Both the position numbers and the translations under genes were made by a program. 64,000 bases of DNA, from contig CAWBYC010000005.1 of assembly GCA_963792925.1 (NCBI GenBank), positions 15,353 to 79,352 on the forward strand, in the 5' to 3' direction. The notes under the pieces are model-generated. The model was not told the DNA's origin, ran no database searches, and saw nothing but the letters and a program-made list of their open reading frames with translations. The DNA is from an uncultured Bacteroidales bacterium (GTDB lineage Bacteria; Bacteroidota; Bacteroidia; Bacteroidales; VadinHA17). Of this stretch, positions 30,597 through 39,836 are shown in pieces (within the stretch, counting starts at the first letter, position 1; each line of letters begins with the position of its first letter).

Positions 30597-33585
30597 ATGA
30601 GATTCCTCGCCCTGGCCGTTGCCGTTCTTTCCCCCCTGTCCGCGATCTCCGCCGCCGACCAGCAACCCGGGAACAAAGCCGGCGTTGCGTTTTTCGAGTC
30701 GAAAATCCGCCCGGCGCTGGTGGCGCATTGTTATCAATGCCACTCGGCCCAGGCAGCCGCGAAGGGGATGTTGAAGGGGAAATTCCTGCTCGACACGCGG
30801 GCCGGAATTCGCAAAGGGGGCGAAAGCGGGCCGGCGGTCGTGCCGGGGAACGTCGGCAAAAGCCGGATCATCGCCGCGCTGAAGCATGAAACCTTCAAGA
30901 TGCCCCCCAAGGGAAAGCTGCCGGCGAACGTGATCGCCGACTTCGAGAAGTGGATCGAATCGGCGCCCCGACCCGCGAGGCGGATCGGCGGTGCATTCCG
31001 AAACGCAAGATCGACATCGAAGCCGGCTAGCAAGTTCTGGTCGTTTCAACCGCTGAATCGGTCGGCGATTCCGCGTGTGAATGACATGAAGTGGGGCCGG
31101 ACGCCGATCGACCGCTTTGTTCGCGCCGCCAGGAAGCCAGCGGCATCGTTCCCAACGCGACCGCCGACCCGCGGACGTTGATTCGCCGGGCGTACTTCGA
31201 CCTGATCGGCCTGCCGCCGACGCCGGAGGAAGTCGAGCGATTCGTCGCCGAGTGCGAGCGGACCCGAGCGGCCTACGAACGGCTGATCGACCGCTTGCTG
31301 GCCAGCGCGCATTACGGCGAACGCTGGGCGCGGCACTGGCTCGACCTGGCCCGTTTCGCCGAGAGCAACGGCTACGCGTTCGACAGGGACCGGCCCAACG
31401 CCTATCACTATCGCGATTTCGTCATCAAGGCGCTCAATGCCGACATGCCTTACGATCAGTTCGTGCGCTTGCAGATCGCCGGCGACCTGCTGACGGACGC
31501 CTGACGACCCGAACAGAGGCCGCGATGACATCGGCCACCGGCTTTCTCGTCGGCGGGCCCGTTCACGTACGCAACAAACGCAGAAGGAACGCGAACGCAG
31601 CCGCTACGAGCAGCTCGACGACATGGTCAGCACGATGGGCACGTCGCATGCTGGGGCTGACGCTCGGCTGCGCCCGCTGCCACGATCACAAGTTCGACCC
31701 GTTGCCGCAGCACGACTATTACCGCCTGGCCGCCGTGTTTGCCGAGGTGGGGTATTCCGAACGTCGGCATCGACCTGAAGCCGGAAATATATCGGCAGGC
31801 GAAAACGAAGTGGGACGCCGCAGCACGCACCGCTCGTCGCCGCGCGGACGAAGTATGAGCAGTCAGCAACTCCCCGGCCGGCTCGACCGCAATGGTTGAA
31901 GCGACCGCCCGACGACTCGCTGCCCGCTCCGACGATCCGCGCCGTGGCAGCACGTCGGCCCGTTCACGGCCGCCAACTTCGACGCGGCCTTCGATCAAGT
32001 CTTTCCGCCCGGAGAAGAAGGTCGATCTCGACAGCGACCTATGAAGACGGCAAACTCAGATGGACGCGGCAACCGAAGTGGAAGGACGGCGAGGCCCACA
32101 ACACGCTGACAGGGCGGACAACTCGGCGAACTATCTGTTCCGCGTCATCGATCGCCGGACGCCGCAGACGCTGTCGCTGTCGCTGGGCAGCGACGACGGC
32201 ATCAAACTGTGGGTCAACGGTCGCGAAGTGCTGTCGAAGAAAGTCGGCCGCAAGTCGCCGCCGCCGGTCAGGAAACGGTCGACATCCAGCTTGCAGCGGG
32301 TCGCAACGAACTGCTGATGAAGATCGTCAACGGCGGCGGAGCGAGCGGGCTTCTACTTCGCGGCCAGTCGACGCCCCGACGCCGGCAGACGTCGCCGGCG
32401 ATCCTGAATCGCCGCCGGACAGCGGAACGACTCAGCAGAAGCAGAAGCTGGTCGACTGGTACAAGGGCTTCGACCTCGACTGGCTGCAGCTGAATCAGAT
32501 CGTCGTCGCGCCACGAGACGCAGCGTCCCAAGCCCGAATCTGACGAAGGTCTTCGCCGCGAAGGTGCGCGGGACGACGTATCAATTCGGCGACGACACGT
32601 ACAAGGTCTATCACCTGCGTCGCGGCAACGCCGACAACAAACAGGACCGGCGACGCCCGGCTTCCTGCAGGTGCTGATGCGGACCGATGACCAGGAACAG
32701 CAGTGGCTTGCCGATCCGACCGGCGCAGAGACAGACCGCGACCGGGCCGGCTCGGATCTGCCGACTGGCTGACCGATGTCGAGATCAGGCGCCGGCCATC
32801 TGCTGGCGCGGGTCATCGTGAACCGGCTGTGGCATCATCACTTCGGCCGGGGCATCGTCGCGACGCCCAGCGACTTCGGCACCCGCGGCGAGCGGCCGTC
32901 GCATCCCGAATTGCTCGACTGGCTGGCCGGCGAACTGATCCGCAACGGCTGGAAGCTGAAGCCGATCCACAAGCTGATCATGACCAGCGCCGTCTACATG
33001 CAGGCCGGCGAAGTCACCGAAAGCGGCGGCGAAGCACGATCCCGAGAACCTGCTGCTCTGGCGGCGCAGTCCGCGGCGGCTGGAAGCGGAGATCATTCGC
33101 GATTCGCTGCTGGCGGTCAGCGGCACGCTGGATCGCACGATGTTCGGCAAGGGCACGCTGGACGAAAGCAGCCGCGCCGCAGCATCTACTTCACGGTCAA
33201 ACGCAGCCAGTTGATTCCGATTGCTGCAACTGTTCGACGCCCCCGACACGATGCAGGGCATCGGCGACCGCGAGGAAAGCACGGTTGCCCCGCAGGCGCT
33301 GGCGCTGCTGAATTCGCCGCTCGTGCGAGACCTGGCGGGCAAGTTCGCGCGCACGCGTGCGGCCCGAACGCGCAGACACTCCGATCGAGCGAGTCGATCG
33401 ACCGGGCCTATCCGGATCGCGCTTGTCGCGAGCCGGCCACGTGCGACGAACGAACGGACATGCGGCGTTTATCGCGAGACAGCAGACGGAATCGCGCGGC
33501 AGCAGACGCCAATGCGAACGGCTGGCCGTTGCGCGATTTCTGCCATCTGCTGCTGTGTATGAACGAATTTGTCTACATCGATTGA
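30597..33585 (+). CDS. PSCyt1/DUF1549/DUF1553 domain protein (planctomycete cytochrome-c-motif protein), frame-disrupted many times
   Basis: The protein has a signal peptide and the heme motif CYQCHS. The DUF1549 part is [23 protein letters not shown]...[22 protein letters not shown]. The DUF1553 part is [18 protein letters not shown] and [33 protein letters not shown]. The tail is [14 protein letters not shown]. Confidence 0.85.
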
Positions 33586-33648
33586 CGCTAACGCAGGCCG
33601 GATCGCTAATCCGACCTCCGCGATACAACGAAATCGGGACGCCATCTC

Positions 33649-35119
33649 ATGCAACATCACCTGATCGATCACCGACGACCGCCGGGAGTTTCTCGAACAC
33701 GCCGGCCTGGGCTGCGGTTCGCTGGCGCTTGACGAGCCTGCTGCATCAGGAGGGCGTCGTTGCCGCGGCAGCCGGCTGCGACTGCCAATCCGCCGGTCGC
33801 TGCAGCGCGCAGTCGCACTTCGCTCCCAAGGCGAAGTCGGTCATCTGGCTGTTCATGACCGGCAGCCCGTCGCAGGTCGACACGTTCGACTACAAGCCCG
33901 AACTGCAGAAACGCGACGGCCAGAACTCGCCGGGGCCGATCCGAAGACCGGCTTCTTCACCACCAGCGGCAAGTGCCTGAAGTCGCCGTTCAAATTCAGC
34001 AGCACGGCGAGTCCGGCGCCTGGGTCTCCGAGATCTTTCCGCACATGTCGCAAGCACGTCGACGACATGGCGTTCGTCTATTCGTGCTACTCGCAGTCGA
34101 ACAACCACACGCCGGCGATGCTGGAATTGAACTCGCGGCATGATCCGCCAGGGCTTCCCGAGCATGGGCTCCTGGCTGACGTATGGCCTGGGCAGCGAGA
34201 ACGCCAACCTGCCGGCTTACGTCGTCATGCACGGCACGAAGCCGCGCGGCGACGATCCGATCTGGTCGTCCGGCTTCCTGCCGACGGTGTATCAGGCCGA
34301 CGGCGCTCGATCGCGCCGGCGAACGAAGCCGATCGACAACCTGGCCCGGCCGACAGGCACTGACCGACGACCAGCAGCGGTCGCTGCTCGACGTGCTCAA
34401 GCAGCTGAACCAGCGAGCACGCCAGCAGCGCGTCCGCTCGAAGCGCGACCTGGCCGCCCGGCATCGAGTCGTTCGAACTGGCCTATCGCATGCAGACCGC
34501 CGCCCCGGAAGCGCTCGACTCGACGCAGGAACCGCAGCACACGCAGGAGCTGTACGGCCTGGACCGCGACGAGTCGACAGACTATCGGCCGGCAATGCCT
34601 GATCGCCCGGCGGCTGGTCGAACGCGGCGTGCGCTTCGTGCAGATCTTCGCCGCGTGCCCGAACACGCCGCGGCGGCGGCGGTGAGCGACGTGCCCTGGG
34701 ACGGCCACAACGACATCGACGGCAATCACCGCGCCTGCGCGGCGACCGTCGATCAGCCGACCGCCGCGCTGCTGGCCGACCTGAAAGCCGCGCGGCATGC
34801 TCGAACGACACGCTCGTGATCTGGGGCGGCGAGTTCGGCCGCACGTCCGACTCGCAAGGGTCGCGCGGGCCGCGACCACAACCCGAACGCCTTCACCACC
34901 TGGATGGCCGGCGGCGGCGTCAAGGGCGGCGTCCAGTACGGAGCCACCGACGAGTTCGGCTACAAGGCCGTCGAGAACCGAGTCAACGTCCACGACATCC
35001 ACGCCACGATCCTGCACCTGATGGGCCTCGACCACACGAAGCTGACCTACCGCTTCAACGGCCGCGACTTCCGCCTGACCGACGTCGCCGGGAATCTCCT
35101 CAAGCCGATTCTCGCATAA
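33649..35119 (+). CDS. DUF1501 domain-containing protein, frame-disrupted
   Basis: ATG lies at 33649. Matching stretches are [59 protein letters not shown] and WDGHNDI. The tail is [24 protein letters not shown]. It is the usual downstream partner of a DUF1549/1553 gene. Confidence 0.85.
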
Positions 35120-35283
35120 ATCCATTGCCCGTCGGCGGAAATCTCCCGGCGACTCGACCGGAATTTCGTCCGGCTCGAATTCGGAGTCGTTCCGATGCCG
35201 GCCGCGGCGCCCCGGTCGTATCATTCCCGAGTAGGAAACTCCTTCTTGGGGAGCGACTCGTTCGGATGCCAGGGAGCATTGCC

Positions 35284-35568
35284 ATGTCCGAAGCCAAAAC
35301 GACCACCGACCATAACGTCATTCGCCGCTGGACCGAAGAGCGGGGCGGCCATCCCGCAACCGTGAAAACCACTGCGAAGCGGGGCCGCCCGGGCATCCTG
35401 CGGATTGACTTCCCCGGCTACAGCGGGGAGGACACGCTGGAACCCATCGAATGGAATGAGTTCCTCGACAAATTCGATGAGGAAAAACTGGCGTTCCTCT
35501 ACCAGGACAAGACCGACGACGGCAAGACGAGCCGGTTCTGTAAGTTCGTGGATGGCACGTCGGCGTAA
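35284..35568 (+). CDS. small conserved hypothetical protein
   Basis: MSEAKTTTDHNVIRRWTEERGGHPATVKTTAKRGRPGILRIDFPGYSGEDTLEPIEWNEFLDKFDEEKLAFLYQD is an intact, protein-like sequence. I cannot name the family with certainty. Confidence 0.5.
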   Translation: MSEAKTTTDHNVIRRWTEERGGHPATVKTTAKRGRPGILRIDFPGYSGEDTLEPIEWNEFLDKFDEEKLAFLYQDKTDDGKTSRFCKFVDGTSA

Positions 35569-35597
35569 AGGACTGGCCCGCCGAAGACAACCGTCAT

Positions 35598-35662
35598 GTA
35601 GGGTGGGCTGTGCCCATCAACGAAGCGTCACCTGGCCTCATCGATGGGCACAGCCCAGCCGA
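35598..35662. repeat. palindromic REP-like element, family P3 (gggtgggctgtgccca / tgggcacagccca)
   Basis: This inverted repeat has a second copy at 43729-43818. Confidence 0.7.
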
Positions 35663-36240
35663 CATTGACTGTGGAATGCGCGGACCCAAGCAAGTCGCGA
35701 GCCGCCGGGTTTATCCCGGCGGGGATGAACCCCGCCGCTCGCGGGGTTTTGTCCGTGCGCGGCTCCTCGAGTCGACCCGATTCTTGCGAATTCCGCGACC
35801 CCAGCCACGAGAAATGTTAAGATCGGAAGCCCAGGCCGGGGTGGATGTCACCCGTGCGGCCGATTGCCTTTCACTTCCGTTCGAGCGCGGCTGATGTTTC
35901 GTCAGTTTCTGGATGACCTGCAACGCGGGACGGTGAATTTTCTGGGCGTCCTGTGCGTGCTGGCGTTTCTGTTGAATGCCGCGCTATTGGTCTGGCTGTT
36001 GGTGAAGAAGAGCGCCACGGCATGGCGCGCTGTCCCAAATGCGGGCGCACGATCGCCTGTCCGCATTGCCGCGACGATGACGACCAACCGTCGGAACTGA
36101 AGCCAGGGTAAGGAATCGGTTCAAAACAACTCCCCGATTTCGACTTGATGAAGGATGAAGGATATCGATCATCATCCGTCATCCCTCATCTGCACAAATC
36201 GGGAAGGTGATTCGGAAAAAATCCTAAACGCAGGCCGGTC

Positions 36241-36926
36241 TTCATTCGTGCGGTGCGAATTCTTCCGGTGGCGGACCCGCGTCTTTGTCGCGGACGAAGC
36301 TCTTGAACAGTGTGTCGTTCCGCAGCAGTTTTTGCAGTTTGCCCATGCTCGGGTCAACAACACGCGAACCGCGGCGTCGCTCTTTCCAAGCTGCAAGGCG
36401 ATCTCCTTCGACGGCAGCCCTTCGACGTACCTCAGCCGCAGCGCGGTGCGTGCGTCGTCGGGGAGTTCATCGACCGCGGCCAGCATTCGGAATTCCCGTT
36501 GGTCGCGGGAGAACGCCTGGCTGGGGCTGGTCAGGCTGGCGGCGAGCAGGTCGACAAAGCCGCCGCGTTCGTTGCCGCCGACCGGCGTGTCCAACCCGAT
36601 TTCTCTTCCGGCTGCCCGTTTTTTCGCCCCAAAAACCGGCGGTGGGCGTCGATAATCCTTCGCTCCGCGAGATGGCACAACCAACTGAACGGATCTCGTT
36701 CCGACAGGTCCATCTGGTCGAACGAACCGGCCGCACCGATGATCGCCTCCTGCACGATATCCTCCGGTTCCACTTTCCGCTTCAAGGAGTCGCTCAGCTT
36801 CCGTTTGACGAATGCCTGCAGAGGCCGCCGCTTCAGCTCGGCGTATTCCACGAACGCCTCCGCGTCGCCGTGACGAATCTGTTCGAGCAGGTCGGCTTCC
36901 CATTGGGACGGGTCGGCATCGCTCAT
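36241..36926 (-). CDS. ECF-type RNA polymerase sigma-70 family factor, frame-disrupted
   Basis: The region 2 part is MSDADPSQWEADLLEQIRHGDAEAFVEYAELKRRPLQAFVKRKL...EDIVQEAIIGA...FSWLCHLAERRIIDAHRR. The region 4 part is LPDDARTALRLRYVEGLPSKEIALQLGKSDAAVRVLLTRA. Confidence 0.8.
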
Positions 36927-37108
36927 TGGTCGGCTCCGGTCTCCGGAAAATTGTCGGAATGCCGATTGAGAATAGACGCTTCCAGAACGCGGGTCGAGGC
37001 CATCGCGACCGGCGCGATCCGAATCGATTTCCGGCAATTCCCAGGGAGTCGCCTGCTTGCCGTCGCAGGATGTCGTTTCGCGAGTTGCCTTCGGCTCTCC
37101 GCTTTCCC

Positions 37109-37962
37109 TTACGAGTGCCGCAACACCGCGGGCACGGGGGCGGGGCGACGCAGCCGTTTGGTGATGTCGGCCAGCCTGACGAGCTGTTGCACGACCAGCG
37201 GGACGTTCGTCAGGCTGCCGACGAACAGCACGGCGTAGCGAATGACCGCAACGAGGTCGCCGGCGGACATGCCGGCCAGTGTGTCCCATCGCAACATCAG
37301 AACGCCCAGGAACAGGACCAGGCTGAAATCGGTGACGGCGAAGCTGACGGCATGCCAGTCGGAGAGCTTGACCTGCAACTGCCGCAGGCTCCAGAAGTGC
37401 TGCCGGACTTCCTGCGGATCGTTGCGTTCGACCACGTCCACTTCCTGTTCCTGCCGGTCGTGCGTTTCCTGGTTGAGCTGCGAACTCCGTCGGGCCAAGA
37501 GTTTGGAAAACAGTCCGTAGAACAGTAGCAGTCCGCCACAGATCAACCCCCAGATTACGTCGTACCACGCCAGGATCGCCAGCGCCGCCGACCAGCGAAA
37601 ACAGCGTGTAAATAATCACCGGCAAATCCCGCTCGAAAAACGAGACAAGTTGCCGCGACAACGACGACCGCGCCGCCACGCGGGACGTTTCCACATTCTG
37701 GCCCCGGTGAAGCAGGACCATATCCCCCGCCAGGTCGGCGGCGACCGTGCCGAACGTCCGCGTGTCGTACAGATGCCGGGCCGTGGTGATGACCATCTGC
37801 AACAGGCATTGCCCCAGAAACACGAACATCCCCCGCGGGGACGATTCCAGCAGGTCCGCCACCGCCCAGCCCATCGCGAGCGGTTGGGCCAACCGGGATG
37901 ACGTTTTCCAGCACGAACAAGCCGTAGGTCAGCAGGATCGAGCTGCGATACCGGGAGAACAT
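37109..37962 (-). CDS. stand-alone ABC-transporter-type six-TM domain protein (no ATPase domain), frame-disrupted
   Basis: The fragments are MFSRYRSSILLTYGLFVLENV, then LYDTRTFGTVAADLAGDMVLLHRGQNVETSRVAARSSLSRQLVSFFERDLPVIIYTLFSLVG, then LSDWHAVSFAVTDFSLVLFLGVLML...VAVIRYAVLFVGSLTNVP. These resemble an ABC exporter membrane domain. Confidence 0.45.
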
Positions 37963-38411
37963 CCCCCAAGCGTGGCGGCTTCGTGGTCCGCTTCCAGGGA
38001 TTTCCCAAAATTCGAAACATCGTATCCCAATTCGGCGGCGTTCAGAGACAGAGAAACCGTCGATGTCTCGGAACATACGGACGTTGGGGGCAGGCTGTTC
38101 ATGGTTCGGCTTTCGGGAGATCGCGGATTTCAGAAAGGCGAGCGGATTCGAAGAAGACCGCTCACAATTCCCATACCCGCGACGGAACATTCTGTGACGC
38201 AAGGCGAGCGGCGGGATTGATCCCCGCCGTAAGCGTCCCTTCCCGCCGGGGGTGAACCCGGCCGCTCGCACGCTGGCGAAGAAATCTTTCGGCCGCGCTG
38301 TCACGCCGGGAATCCCGGCAGTTATGGGCGGTGTCAGACGCGATGCGACCAGCGAACGCCGGCAGCGGCGACGTCAACCGTTGGGCGTTTCCGGAGCATC
38401 CGTCACCCCTT

Positions 38412-38416
38412 GAGGA
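38412..38416 (+). promoter_or_regulatory. Shine-Dalgarno (GAGGA) of the lasso precursor gene
   Basis: GAGGA lies 8 nt upstream of ATG 38425. Confidence 0.5.
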
Positions 38417-38424
38417 ATTTTGCC

Positions 38425-38595
38425 ATGATCCCGAACAACGTCGTCCCCGTGGTAATCGAAGCCAAAAATGAAACGAAGTCGTCCTACAGCGCTCCCGAAA
38501 TGTTCGTCGTCGGCGAGACGGTTGAACTGATCCAGGGCGCCCAATGGCGCGGCCCGTACGATCATCCCAGTAGCTGGCCGATTTGGCCCCTGTAA
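38425..38595 (+). CDS. lasso peptide precursor (A)
   Basis: The 56-aa peptide is MIPNNVVPVVIEAKNETKSSYSAPEMFVVGETVELIQGAQWRGPYDHPSSWPIWPL. The leader fits the lasso motif YxxPxLx3Gx5Txx at Y-17, P-14, M-12 and G-8, with I-2 instead of T. The predicted core GAQWRGPYDHPSSWPIWPL has Gly1 and Asp9. The gene lies directly upstream of the B and C genes. Confidence 0.65.
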   Translation: MIPNNVVPVVIEAKNETKSSYSAPEMFVVGETVELIQGAQWRGPYDHPSSWPIWPL

Positions 38596-38608
38596 GCCGA
38601 TGACTTCT

Positions 38609-38655
38609 CGCTGCGGTCACTCCCCGAAATCGGAAGTGGCCGCGGCGTTTTTTTT
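38609..38655 (+). terminator. intrinsic terminator/attenuator hairpin after the precursor gene
   Basis: A 13-bp stem (cgctgcggtcact / agtggccgcggcg, two G-U pairs) is followed by T8 at 38648-38655. Confidence 0.6.
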
Positions 38656-38670
38656 GAAAGAGAGTCTCCC

Positions 38671-39547
38671 ATGTCGACGACTGCCCCCATTGCGACCGCA
38701 CTGAAACAGACAATGCCGGCAGCCGGCGCCGAAGCCTCGTGGAACAATACAATGAATCCGTCGCTGCCGTATCGCCTGGCGGTCGATGTGCTGCTGGTTC
38801 CGGTGCCGGACGGCAGCGCGACTCATCGACCTCCACGGGCAGTTCTTCGCGCTGTCGGAATCGGCTGCGCGGATGCTGCAAGACACGCTCGAAATGGGAC
38901 CCGAAGAGGCTGCCGAGGCCGTTGCCCGCCGCTGGAGCATCAGCCGCGAACAGGCCGCCGCGGACCTTGCCTCATTCGTCGGACGGTTGCTCGAACAGGG
39001 ATTGCTGGTGTCGGTCGATCATCAGCAACGTCGGCCCCGGCTTCGGCAACGGCTGGCAGTCATCGTCGTTTTCATTCTGATTCGCCTGACGTGTTGCTTT
39101 CGCCGCTCGCTGAAGGGGAAAATCTCCGGATTGCTGACCGCAGCCCGGTTTTCGTGCCGTTGGCTCGGTTGGGCCAACACGGTCAGCCTGTGGCAACGGC
39201 TGTTTGTGCGCCGAAAACAATGCCTGGTCGGCGGCTCCACGGAAACGGTGCTGAAGGAACTTGACGATGCGGTGCGGCGGGCAGTCGGAGAGTCGGCATT
39301 CGCCCACGCTTGCAAAGAACGCGGCCTGTCCGCCTGGGCTTTGGGCCGCCGCTTGGGATTGGACGTGCGACTTATCATCGGGCTGAGCGTCTGCCCGGTC
39401 CACGGCCACTGCTGGGCCAAATGCGGTGAGATTATCCTCGGCGACGACGAGGACCAGTGCGGACAATACGAACCGATGCAGAGCTATGGCTCGGACCAAT
39501 ACTCTTGCGACATCGAAGCCCGACGCGCAAGCGAGGAGTCCCGTTGA
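38671..39547 (+). CDS. lasso peptide biosynthesis B protein: fused PqqD-like RRE (B1) and transglutaminase-like Cys protease (B2); one frame change near 38815
   Basis: The B1 part is PYRLAVDVLLVPVPDGSA / RLIDLHGQFFALSESAARMLQDTLEMGPEEAAEAVARRWSISREQAAADLASFVGRLLEQGLLV. The B2 part is ACKERGLSAWALGRRLGLDVRLIIGLSVCPVHGHCWAKCGEIILGDD. Its Cys-to-His spacing is 32 and its His-to-Asp spacing is 12. The 3' end runs into a P1 repeat. Confidence 0.7.
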
Positions 39548-39599
39548 ATTCCTTCGCTTGCGCGTCAGGCTTCGATGCAGAACTTTTGGTCCGAGCCAT
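39486..39599. repeat. palindromic REP-like element, family P1, inverted copy
   Basis: It has the same two arms as 23940-24053 in the opposite order. It overlaps the last codons of the lasso B gene. Confidence 0.8.
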
Positions 39600-39638
39600 A
39601 TGCCTGATAACGACAGTGCCATGTCGCCTGCGTTCGCA

Positions 39639-39750
39639 GCGGAATTCGTGAGAATTCCGAAGGAAACTGCTCTTTATCACGTCGGAATTCTTGCGAATTC
39701 CGCTACAGAGCGCTGTCGGAATTCTTACGAATTCCGCTACAGGGCGCTGT
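39639..39750. repeat. EcoRI-site palindromic repeats, family P5 (gcggaattcNtNNgaattccg), three copies incl. a 34-bp tandem duplication
   Basis: The first copy is gcggaattcgtgagaattccga at 39639-39660. The tandem pair is cggaattcttgcgaattccgctacagagcgctgt at 39683-39716 and cggaattcttacgaattccgctacagggcgctgt at 39717-39750. A further copy lies at 12025-12046. Confidence 0.75.
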
Positions 39751-39836
39751 CGTACTACGTCTCGTGGATCGCTTCCCTGGCAACCGGGGATGGAGTATGA
39801 ACGTCGGCGACATGCGGAAGGCAACGGGAGCAACCC

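Noticed and set aside
36022-36111. A 29-codon CPxCG-type zinc-ribbon mini-ORF (MARCPKCGRTIACPHCRDDDDQPSELKPG), possibly the displaced C-terminus of ORF 35864..36100.
   Set aside because: It is too short and has no supporting context. Given the indel noise it cannot be separated from chance, so it is not listed as a feature.
37109-37962. Calling the ABC-type membrane protein the lasso exporter (D gene).
   Set aside because: It lacks a nucleotide-binding domain, is divergently transcribed and is itself frame-disrupted. Adjacency alone is insufficient, so it is reported only as a low-interest hypothesis.
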